Virus record (IMG/VR): IMGVR_UViG_3300045988_088382
DNA from: a virus
Length of the DNA: 55,782 nt
Direction: 5' to 3' (one strand)
Positions 49,995 through 55,782 of this stretch are shown here, piece by piece. A program made the translations under genes and the position numbers. The notes under the pieces were generated by a model. The model was given only the letters and a program-made list of their open reading frames with translations. It did not search any database and was not told the DNA's origin. Each line of letters begins with the position of its first letter. The stretch's first letter is position 1.

Positions 49995-50474
49995 TCAGCG
50001 CCTCCCAAACTCGCCGCCGACAAGGATGCGCGGAAGCCCTTTATACATAATGGCTTCTTCGCCGCGGCCATCAACCCAGCGCTGACCCCTGATCTCATCA
50101 ACGGTCATCGGTTGCTCCCCCTGCCAGTCCGCGAGGGTAAACTGCATACCCGCAGACTGGATCACGGCGATGATCCCGACAGCCGGATGATCGATGAGAT
50201 AAAATATCCCATATTCGTCGATCACTGTCTCGGACACGATCGGGAGCGCCAGCGTGCATCCAGTCTTCCAATCGTAGACGGCCAGCTTCGGCGCATCGCC
50301 GCGCAGATATGCCGTCGAAACGCCCAGCGCGTCCGCCAGCGCAGGCAGAATCTTGTTTCCGGGGTTGCGCTGGCCGCTCTCGTAGTTGTTAAGATTCTGA
50401 GCCGATATACCAAGCTTGTCCGCAAGCTCTTTCTGACTCAGGCCGCGCAGGGCGCGCAACTCTTTAATGTTCAT
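49995..50474 (-). CDS. XRE-family HTH regulator 4 with C-terminal domain (159 aa)
   Basis: RBS AAGGAG; IKELRALRGLSQKELADKLGISAQNLNNYESGQRNP. Confidence 0.8.
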   Translation of the reverse strand: MNIKELRALRGLSQKELADKLGISAQNLNNYESGQRNPGNKILPALADALGVSTAYLRGDAPKLAVYDWKTGCTLALPIVSETVIDEYGIFYLIDHPAVGIIAVIQSAGMQFTLADWQGEQPMTVDEIRGQRWVDGRGEEAIMYKGLPRILVGGEFGRR

Positions 50475-50487
50475 GCTTTTCCACTCC

Positions 50488-50516
50488 TTGACAAATATGA
50501 TTGATCGTCTTATAAT
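50488..50516 (+). promoter_or_regulatory. orphan consensus promoter on the plus strand
   Basis: TTGACA-17 nt-TATAAT, perfect hexamers. No plus-strand ORF follows. Confidence 0.75.
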
Positions 50517-50522
50517 GATGGT

Positions 50523-50629
50523 GTCGCGGGGGCGTCGCTCCCGTGTGGGGTTGAAATATTGAATTGTTTAGTAGCGTGGATGCTACAAAGGGGGAAAGCG
50601 GAAGAGTGATCTTCCGCTTTTCTTTTTTT
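50523..50629 (+). ncRNA. candidate small RNA of about 105 nt (promoter-to-terminator unit)
   Basis: Bounded by the consensus promoter at 50488..50516 and the terminator at 50596..50629. Only a 15-codon ORF that starts inside the -10. Antisense to the leader of the minus-strand XRE gene. Confidence 0.5.
50596..50629 (+). terminator. intrinsic terminator
   Basis: aaagcggaag-agtgat-cttccgcttt followed by tcttttttt. Confidence 0.8.
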
Positions 50630-50903
50630 AATCCAGGCGCTTCCACTCGTCCGGGCTTGGGTACTGCCGACCGTCATCATAGGCGGCTTTCAGCATCCGC
50701 ATCACCTCGCCGATGTGCTCGGCACTGTACTTGCTCCACCACTCCGCAGGGATGCGATCAAGCACCGCGGAGCACGTGCCGGGGTAGCGGCGCAGTCCGC
50801 TGCACTCCTTGGCTTGCTCAACCTTGAGCTGCGCGCGGCGCTCCTCGGCAGTCAGGCACTCATACGCTTCGCGGGTCATAACGTCATTCATTTTAAGTTT
50901 CAT
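50628..50903 (-). CDS. hypothetical protein (91 aa)
   Basis: ATG at 50903 after CAGGAGGAAG; MKLKMNDVMTREAYECLTAEERRAQ... Confidence 0.65.
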   Translation of the reverse strand: MKLKMNDVMTREAYECLTAEERRAQLKVEQAKECSGLRRYPGTCSAVLDRIPAEWWSKYSAEHIGEVMRMLKAAYDDGRQYPSPDEWKRLD

Positions 50904-50948
50904 GGTTTCTTCCTCCTGTCGGGTTGTTTCTTTTCTTCTTACAAGTAT

Positions 50949-50977
50949 ATTGTAAATCATATTTGAATATTTGTCAA
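50949..50977 (-). promoter_or_regulatory. strong promoter for 50628..50903 (and possibly the XRE gene)
   Basis: Minus strand TTGACA-17 nt-TACAAT. Confidence 0.75.
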
Positions 50978-51011
50978 GTGTTTTGTAAAGCATTTCTTGA
51001 TTTTTTCAAAT

Positions 51012-51038
51012 AAAAAAGCCCCTGCCATCAGGCAGGGG
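51012..51038 (-). terminator. intrinsic terminator overlapping the stop codon of 51028..51255
   Basis: Minus strand CCCCTGCC-tgat-GGCAGGGG followed by CTTTTTTATTT. The stop codon TGA lies in the loop. Confidence 0.8.
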
Positions 51039-51255
51039 TATTATCATCAGTATGTAAAGATGCAGACATTCGTCTCTTAATCTCGCGAATGCTGCGGCTG
51101 ACGGTCGCCGGAGACATGCCAAGCGTCATGCTGATCTGCACAATGCTGTAACCGCGCCAGAGCAGGTCAAAGACCTGCCCCAGCCGAACGTGAACGTCAA
51201 AGCCGCAGCGGCGGGCGATCTCCTCTTTAGTGCGCCTATCAAAATCAAGGCGCAC
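51028..51255 (-). CDS. sigma-region-4 / LuxR-like HTH protein (75 aa)
   Basis: GTG 9 nt after AAGGAGG; LLWRGYSIVQISMTLGMSPATVSRSIREIKRRM. Confidence 0.6.
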   Translation of the reverse strand: MRLDFDRRTKEEIARRCGFDVHVRLGQVFDLLWRGYSIVQISMTLGMSPATVSRSIREIKRRMSASLHTDDNTPA

Positions 51256-51271
51256 GGGAAACCGCCTCCTT

Positions 51272-51601
51272 TTACACGCTTGCCTCCTCTACCACTACGG
51301 GCGCGGTGCTCTCCAACTTTGCAATCTCAGCGTTCACAAGCTCGACAAGCTCATCTGTATCCAACTTATATCCGTGCGCGTCAAGCCGCTCCTTTACCCA
51401 CGCCAGCTTCTCTTCACCGCGCCCGGAGCCGGTGTACAACTTCTCGGCGGCGAAAACAAGGATAGACACGAGGTCGCGGATTTCACGGCGCTGGTCAAGC
51501 GTCGTCTTGGCCTTGATCCACGGGACGACATACCGCGTAATCAGCGCGGCCACGAGGACGATAAGCGCCTGAAAGATGGGGGTCAGGTCGATACTAGACA
51601 T
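51272..51601 (-). CDS. holin (LL-H-family-like)
   Basis: ATG at 51601, 6 nt after GTGAGG; 109 aa. N-terminal TM IFQALIVLVAALITRYVV followed by GSGRGEEKLAWVKERL. Confidence 0.65.
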   Translation of the reverse strand: MSSIDLTPIFQALIVLVAALITRYVVPWIKAKTTLDQRREIRDLVSILVFAAEKLYTGSGRGEEKLAWVKERLDAHGYKLDTDELVELVNAEIAKLESTAPVVVEEASV

Positions 51602-51640
51602 AAATAGCCTCACTTTCTGCCCGGTCTTTACCGGGCAACG

Positions 51641-52075
51641 TCATAAAAATTTACGCTCCTGCAAACACTTGTGATAAGCGTTTTTGATGATTTCAACGGC
51701 TTCAACCGTCTTGTGGTTTTCAAACTCTGGATGGGCTTTACAGTATATTTCGTATGATTTTACATCGTCAAAGATTTGTTCAAAGTGCTCCTTGCTGTGC
51801 TTGACGCTATTGTAACACTCGTCAGAAAACCGCTGGATTCTGGCGCGTGAGATTTTGGCAAATTCGAGGTCGTTTTTTGCCTCAATCCTGCTCATGCGCT
51901 CTTCGAGCGAGCCGACAAGCGCCTTTCGCAGTCCGCGAAACATCCATGACAGCGGATGCACCTTAGCCGGCGAAATCTCGATCAAGTTGAGCGTGATATA
52001 CACTAGCACGAGCGTCAGCGTGCTGTGCGTCGTGACAGCCGCTTGCAAGACGTCCAGCAGCTTTTGTAGAGTCAT
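51641..52075 (-). CDS. lysis-cassette membrane protein (144 aa)
   Basis: RBS GGAGGA; one TM STLTLVLVYITLNLIEI followed by a helical soluble domain. Lies between the endolysin and holin genes. Confidence 0.55.
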   Translation of the reverse strand: MTLQKLLDVLQAAVTTHSTLTLVLVYITLNLIEISPAKVHPLSWMFRGLRKALVGSLEERMSRIEAKNDLEFAKISRARIQRFSDECYNSVKHSKEHFEQIFDDVKSYEIYCKAHPEFENHKTVEAVEIIKNAYHKCLQERKFL

Positions 52076-52078
52076 CGG

Positions 52079-52849
52079 TCAATCCTCCGCAAGTGCCCAC
52101 GCGCCGCCCAGCGTGATATACACGCCGTCGCTCCTGCGCAGGGTCGTCGTGGTCTGTTCTCCCGGATCGCCCGTCTCGCCCTGATCTCCACTTTCTGGCG
52201 GCGCATCCTCGACCAGATACTCGCTCGACATATACCCGGCCTCGCCGCTTGCCAGCGCGCCGAAGACCCAGCCCGTGCCGCCCGCCTCGCGGATGATGTT
52301 CACCCGCGCGCCGTTCGCGGCTCTGGCGATGACCTTTGACTTTGTGCTTGCGCCCTCGCGGATGTTGAGATATCCGCTGGTGATGTTCACCGCCGCGTTG
52401 CCAAAAATCTTTTCCGATTCGCTCACTTCCGCCTTTCCTCCTTCCGAATAGCCCACACCGATCATCCGATGCACCCCCAGCCCGTTCCACCCCGCTTTTT
52501 CCGTCAGCGCGGTTTCGACCACACCGCCCCGGCTCTTGCTTGAGTGGATCACCGTGCCGCGCTCCGTCACCATCCCGGTGTGATTCACGTCGCCCGTGCC
52601 AACGCCCATGAACGCCAGCATCCCCGGCTTCGCGCCGGAAATGCCCGCCTGCCGCCAGATCAAATGGCGATACTTCGGCGCACTGTCAAAGCTGTTCCAA
52701 AGCTCGTTCGTCCCTGCCGTCGTGTAACGCTTGTCGCCGCCCGGCGCTGTGCGGATGACCTTCTTGATGAGGTTGATGCAGTCCAGCTCGCTGTACGCCG
52801 TCCCGATCAGCCCCCGCGCCGTGCGGATGGCCTCGCTTGTTTCAATCAT
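52079..52849 (-). CDS. endolysin: NlpC/P60 peptidase plus SH3-like wall-binding domain
   Basis: 256 aa; RBS AAAGGAGGAAAAG. Catalytic Cys context YSELDCINLI, His context VNHTGMV. C-terminal SH3-like GYLNIREGASTKSKVIARAANGARVNII. Confidence 0.85.
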   Translation of the reverse strand: MIETSEAIRTARGLIGTAYSELDCINLIKKVIRTAPGGDKRYTTAGTNELWNSFDSAPKYRHLIWRQAGISGAKPGMLAFMGVGTGDVNHTGMVTERGTVIHSSKSRGGVVETALTEKAGWNGLGVHRMIGVGYSEGGKAEVSESEKIFGNAAVNITSGYLNIREGASTKSKVIARAANGARVNIIREAGGTGWVFGALASGEAGYMSSEYLVEDAPPESGDQGETGDPGEQTTTTLRRSDGVYITLGGAWALAED

Positions 52850-52874
52850 TGGCTTTTCCTCCTTTCCGTTTTTT

Positions 52875-53048
52875 TTATCCGAGCAAATGCCCTCGCAGCC
52901 GATGAAACTGTTTCAGCGTCCGTCTGCGGGCTAAAGCATACTTTCGGATGTTCTCTTCTGTCGGTTCAATGTCTGCATAACCAAGGTACCAGACGGCCCA
53001 TTTTCTCGCCCGTTTTTTTTGCATTTCATATTCTTTTTTGCTTTTCAT
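52875..53048 (-). CDS. small basic protein (57 aa)
   Basis: ATG at 53048 in ATGA overlap with 53045..53143. Confidence 0.45.
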   Translation of the reverse strand: MKSKKEYEMQKKRARKWAVWYLGYADIEPTEENIRKYALARRRTLKQFHRLRGHLLG

Positions 53049-53143
53049 TCGTCCCACACACCTCCCGCGCGGATGAAGCAACCAACCAGACAGCCAGCCG
53101 CGAAGATGATCGCGCCGCCGACGATGAGGCCAAGAATAATCAT
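53045..53143 (-). CDS. 32-aa single-TM peptide
   Basis: MIILGLIVGGAIIFAAGCLVGCFIRAGGVWDE; ATG 6 nt after TAAGGAGGCA. Not in the ORF track. Confidence 0.5.
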   Translation of the reverse strand: MIILGLIVGGAIIFAAGCLVGCFIRAGGVWDE

Positions 53144-53155
53144 GGTTTTGCCTCC

Positions 53156-53386
53156 TTAGACGATTGAAAGGCCGTCGTCAGCCTCTCCTCTTTCTGCCGC
53201 GTCCAGCGCGTCATAATATGCCTGCGCAAGGGCTTCAACTTCCTCGATATCATCCTCTGTCAGCAGACCGCTGTCCAGATGGGTGTACGCCTTGTCCAGC
53301 CAGTACGCCACGTCGCGTCCGGCGGTGATCTCGCGCTTGATAGATCGCAGAGTCAGGTCGTGACGGGCTTTGCTTTTGATTGCCAT
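53156..53386 (-). CDS. hypothetical protein (76 aa)
   Basis: RBS AGAGGGGGAAAAG; follows the fibre gene. Confidence 0.6.
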   Translation of the reverse strand: MAIKSKARHDLTLRSIKREITAGRDVAYWLDKAYTHLDSGLLTEDDIEEVEALAQAYYDALDAAERGEADDGLSIV

Positions 53387-53401
53387 ATGCTTTTCCCCCT
53401 C

Positions 53402-55066
53402 TTAGGTAGCGGTCATGGACGCAATCGCGTCCTCAAGATTTTTGATCACGATATTCACATCACGCTGATATTCCAGCTTTACCCCTGCGCCGTCGCTCGC
53501 TTGCACCACGGTGTCGGGCGCGTAGGTAGTCAGCGCTTTGTAGGCGGCAATTTCAGCAGGGGTGAGCGGGGTTTCAATGGGGGTGGCGATCCTGTATACA
53601 ACTCGGCAGGGATTATCTGTAAAGTATTTCACCAATGCGGTTTTTCGTTCATTCACGGTGCTTGCTTCGCTTAGTCCTAAGTAGGAGTTTTCGATTATGA
53701 AATCGACAGAATTATCTTCGACAAAATTTATTGAGTTTACAGCTCTAGCCCACACATCTTTTTTCCATGGCAACACTTCACAAAATACACATTTTTCGAG
53801 TCGTACACCTCTGTCCGTTTTTTGCGGAGTTGCTAAACGTGCACTTGTGGCCGCAGTAACGTTTGTATACATGTTCGTCACAGAAATACCATTTGCATTT
53901 TTAGCATTAATCACGAAACTTGCGATTCTCTGCACCTTCACTCCTCTCTCTAAGTCAATCTCATCGCACACCCACTGCTGTCCCTGCGGGTCAGTGTAGT
54001 TGCCGCCAGAGGTGACAGGAATACCGGGTAGGCCGTTAGGGGTGGGCAGGGTGAGAGTTTGCCGCTCATCCGCCCCATCGCCGATCGTCACCGTGATTGT
54101 CCCGCCGTCTCCCGCGCTCACAATAGGCACAGGGTTGTCCGGGCTGGGCGTGCCGTCCTGCGTGCTTTTGCCGTACACGGTCAGCCCGCGCAGCGGCGCG
54201 GCAAAGGCATCATCAACGGCAATCGGGTTGCCCGTTTCCGTGCCCACAAGGATGTTCTGCCGGGCTGCATCCGCCGCCCCGATGTTCTCCCTTGCTTGCG
54301 CTTTCTGCGCCTCGCCGAGCGTCTGCTCGATGTACAGCACCGCCTCCTGCGGCGCGTCCTTTCCCGGTTCGCCCGGTTCACCCTTCGCGCCGTCCCTGCC
54401 CGGTTCGCCTCTTGGGATTTTAAAAGACAGTGTGGGATTTTCAGGAGTACCGCTTTGAGTGACACTTACTTGAGTGCCGGGTTCACCGGTCACAGCTTCC
54501 GCTTTGATTTGCGGCGTTGCGCCAGTAGCTCCGGCGGCTCCATCCTTGCCCGGCTTTCCATCGACACCGTCTATACCCGGTTCGCCCTTCAGCTCCCCGG
54601 CATCTAGCTTGCGCTTGACCTCGTCGGCAATCGTCTGTGCCGCAGCACCAGAGCGCTCAACGTCGGCCAGCGTGCCAGTTGCTTTGTCGATCCATGTTTT
54701 AACCGGATCGGGCGCTGGGGCAGTTGCGTCGCCAAGAGACTCGCCGATGCGCGTACAGGCAATCGCAGTCTTGATGACTGTGCCATCCGCGTCTTGGATT
54801 GTGATTTGGGCTTGCCCTCTTCCGGTTTTATTGCCGATATCCGCGCTCGTGATCTCCCACGTCAGGATACCGCCCTCTTGCTTCACCGTCGCCGGATACT
54901 CCGCCCGGCCAGGCGGCTTGACCGTGATCGACGCAATAGCATCCGGATATTGGCTCAATATGCTTTTTATGTCGATCAGTACCCGCGTCGCGCGATTTTC
55001 ACCGACGCGCCCAAGCAGCAGCGCTTGATCGCCAAAACGATCAAGCGTCAGAATGATATCACGCAT
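53402..55066 (-). CDS. BppU-like baseplate/tail fibre protein with collagen-like repeats
   Basis: ATG at 55066 after GAGGGGGAG; 554 aa. The N-terminal ILTLDRFGDQALLLGRVGENRATRVLIDI resembles the BppU N-domain. G-X-Y runs GEPGIDGVDGKPGKDGAAGATG and GEPGRDGAKGEPGEPGKD. Shares the TGEPGT..SV.QSGT...P.L...IPRG module with 230..1198. Confidence 0.75.
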   Translation of the reverse strand: MRDIILTLDRFGDQALLLGRVGENRATRVLIDIKSILSQYPDAIASITVKPPGRAEYPATVKQEGGILTWEITSADIGNKTGRGQAQITIQDADGTVIKTAIACTRIGESLGDATAPAPDPVKTWIDKATGTLADVERSGAAAQTIADEVKRKLDAGELKGEPGIDGVDGKPGKDGAAGATGATPQIKAEAVTGEPGTQVSVTQSGTPENPTLSFKIPRGEPGRDGAKGEPGEPGKDAPQEAVLYIEQTLGEAQKAQARENIGAADAARQNILVGTETGNPIAVDDAFAAPLRGLTVYGKSTQDGTPSPDNPVPIVSAGDGGTITVTIGDGADERQTLTLPTPNGLPGIPVTSGGNYTDPQGQQWVCDEIDLERGVKVQRIASFVINAKNANGISVTNMYTNVTAATSARLATPQKTDRGVRLEKCVFCEVLPWKKDVWARAVNSINFVEDNSVDFIIENSYLGLSEASTVNERKTALVKYFTDNPCRVVYRIATPIETPLTPAEIAAYKALTTYAPDTVVQASDGAGVKLEYQRDVNIVIKNLEDAIASMTAT

Positions 55067-55106
55067 CACGCTCTCCCCCTCGTTTAACTCAAGTTCAATT
55101 CTCCAG

Positions 55107-55376
55107 TCACAAATTCTTTTCATTCTTGAATGGATTTCCATTCATATCGAACAAAAAACGTGCTTCTTCAAATCTCATGGAGTTCCAGCTTATTGCAAGT
55201 TTTTCGAGCAATTTGCTAGGCTGTGCGTACCTGATAAACGCGGATACTTTTTTATGCCTGTGGAAGCCATAACCCTTGCAATAAGCCGTGCCTACGTTTA
55301 TGCCGTATAGATTAACATACGGCTTTTTTCCGCAGATAGGGCATGCATAGAATGCTATATCTGATGTCCTTCCCAT
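55107..55376 (-). CDS. Lar-like zinc-ribbon protein inside the tail fibre module
   Basis: 89 aa; YACPICGKKPYVN...CKGYGFHRH...AISWNSMRF, a CxxC ribbon plus the A..WN motif of Lar-family proteins. Confidence 0.5.
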   Translation of the reverse strand: MGRTSDIAFYACPICGKKPYVNLYGINVGTAYCKGYGFHRHKKVSAFIRYAQPSKLLEKLAISWNSMRFEEARFLFDMNGNPFKNEKNL

Positions 55377-55415
55377 CTCAACACCTTATTCGTAGTCAGC
55401 AATAGTTTGCTTGCG

Positions 55416-55547
55416 TCACTCCGTCACGAGGTCTTCGCAACCGCTGTCAATCAGGACTTCCTTGACCTTATCCTTGAGCAGACGTGGAACCTGCGCGTAG
55501 GTCTTCTTGCCAAGCATAATCTGCTGTGCCCATAACATAGCCATCAT
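55416..55547 (-). CDS. CD1375/XkdX-like small tail-module protein (start uncertain: 55547, 55568 or 55598)
   Basis: MMAMLWAQQIMLGKKTYAQVPRLLKDKVKEVLIDSGCEDLVTE matches the ..LI..G.KT...VP..L...V...L pattern of about 45-aa proteins next to Firmicutes phage fibres. The ATG at 55547 follows AAAGGAAG. Confidence 0.5.
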   Translation of the reverse strand: MMAMLWAQQIMLGKKTYAQVPRLLKDKVKEVLIDSGCEDLVTE

Positions 55548-55590
55548 ATCTTCTTCCTTTCCGCTCATTATAATGAGCCGTCCAAAAATG

Positions 55591-55782
55591 TTAAGCATAC
55601 ACAATCTCGCTCATTTCGAGGATGCATTGCAGCAGGGTTTCGTTCTGGTTTTCAAGCGTCTTGATGCGTTCTTCCTGCGTCGGCTTCGGTTCTCCCGGTT
55701 CCGGCACTTCCGGCTCGACGTACACGCTGCCGTCGTCGGAGAGCTGCACCGCGTTGTCAAGGGTGCGGTAAACGGTCGTGTA
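55591..55782 (-). CDS. C-terminal part of the junction-spanning ORF (same gene as 1..217)
   Basis: The frame is continuous with 1..217 once the 55-bp overlap is collapsed (354 nt in total). It ends ...TQEERIKTLENQNETLLQCILEMSEIVYA with TAA at 55591. Confidence 0.6.
   Translation of the reverse strand, partial: YTTVYRTLDNAVQLSDDGSVYVEPEVPEPGEPKPTQEERIKTLENQNETLLQCILEMSEIVYA
55728..55782. repeat. terminal direct repeat copy 2 (identical to 1..55)
   Basis: Exact 55/55 identity. Confidence 0.95.

Larger units (their letters stand above)
1..55782. mobile_element. complete temperate siphovirus-like phage / excised prophage genome (about 55.7 kb unique sequence)
   Basis: Contiguous packaging, head, tail, lysis, integrase, immunity and replication modules. 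Termini are identical over 55 nt. Confidence 0.9.

Overview
The first 55 nt and the last 55 nt of the window are identical, so this is one complete, circularly closed (or circularly permuted) temperate siphovirus-like phage or prophage genome with about 55.7 kb of unique sequence. It is GC-rich. The gene content looks Firmicutes/Clostridia-like (LL-H-type holin, NlpC/P60-SH3 endolysin, DUF2800/DUF2815/PolA replication module). I support about 90 ORFs, most on the minus strand.

Modules, read along the minus strand:
- Immunity and early region with three XRE regulators, a BRO-type antirepressor and a tyrosine integrase (42-46 kb).
- Replication and recombination: Cas4-like nuclease, SSB-like protein, family-A DNA polymerase, ThyX-like protein, VRR-NUC, SNF2, prim-pol/helicase (29-39 kb).
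- DNA-modification island: Dam, MazG, Dcm, PAPS-reductase-like (25.8-29.1 kb).
- A run of Cys-rich small proteins plus an SPFH protein (21.8-25.8 kb).
- Packaging and structural genes: terS, terL, portal, scaffold, capsid, connectors, major tail, chaperone pair with a -1 frameshift, tape measure, tail tip and two collagen-like fibres. These run across the circular junction.
- Lysis cassette (51.2-53.1 kb).
- An accessory cassette between lysis and int (46.5-51.2 kb).

Non-standard content worth a second look:
1. terS and terL are split by a 3.8-kb self-contained module. It holds a truncated serine recombinase, an opposite-strand 4-gene operon, twin consensus promoters with a shared 9-bp operator, and 1 kb of ORF-free repeat patchwork.
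2. Two paralogous arrays of CCTACACC boxes lie 23 kb apart, one abutting int and one upstream of the terS operon.
3. A 27-nt-period degenerate array lies beside the replication module.
4. A 5-gene cassette of Gln/Asn/Gly/Cys-rich proteins of unknown function lies next to int.
5. An orphan consensus promoter plus terminator defines a candidate small RNA of about 105 nt.

No tRNA, rRNA, CRISPR array, cas gene or reverse transcriptase was seen. All domain calls come from motif recognition by eye, not from database searches.
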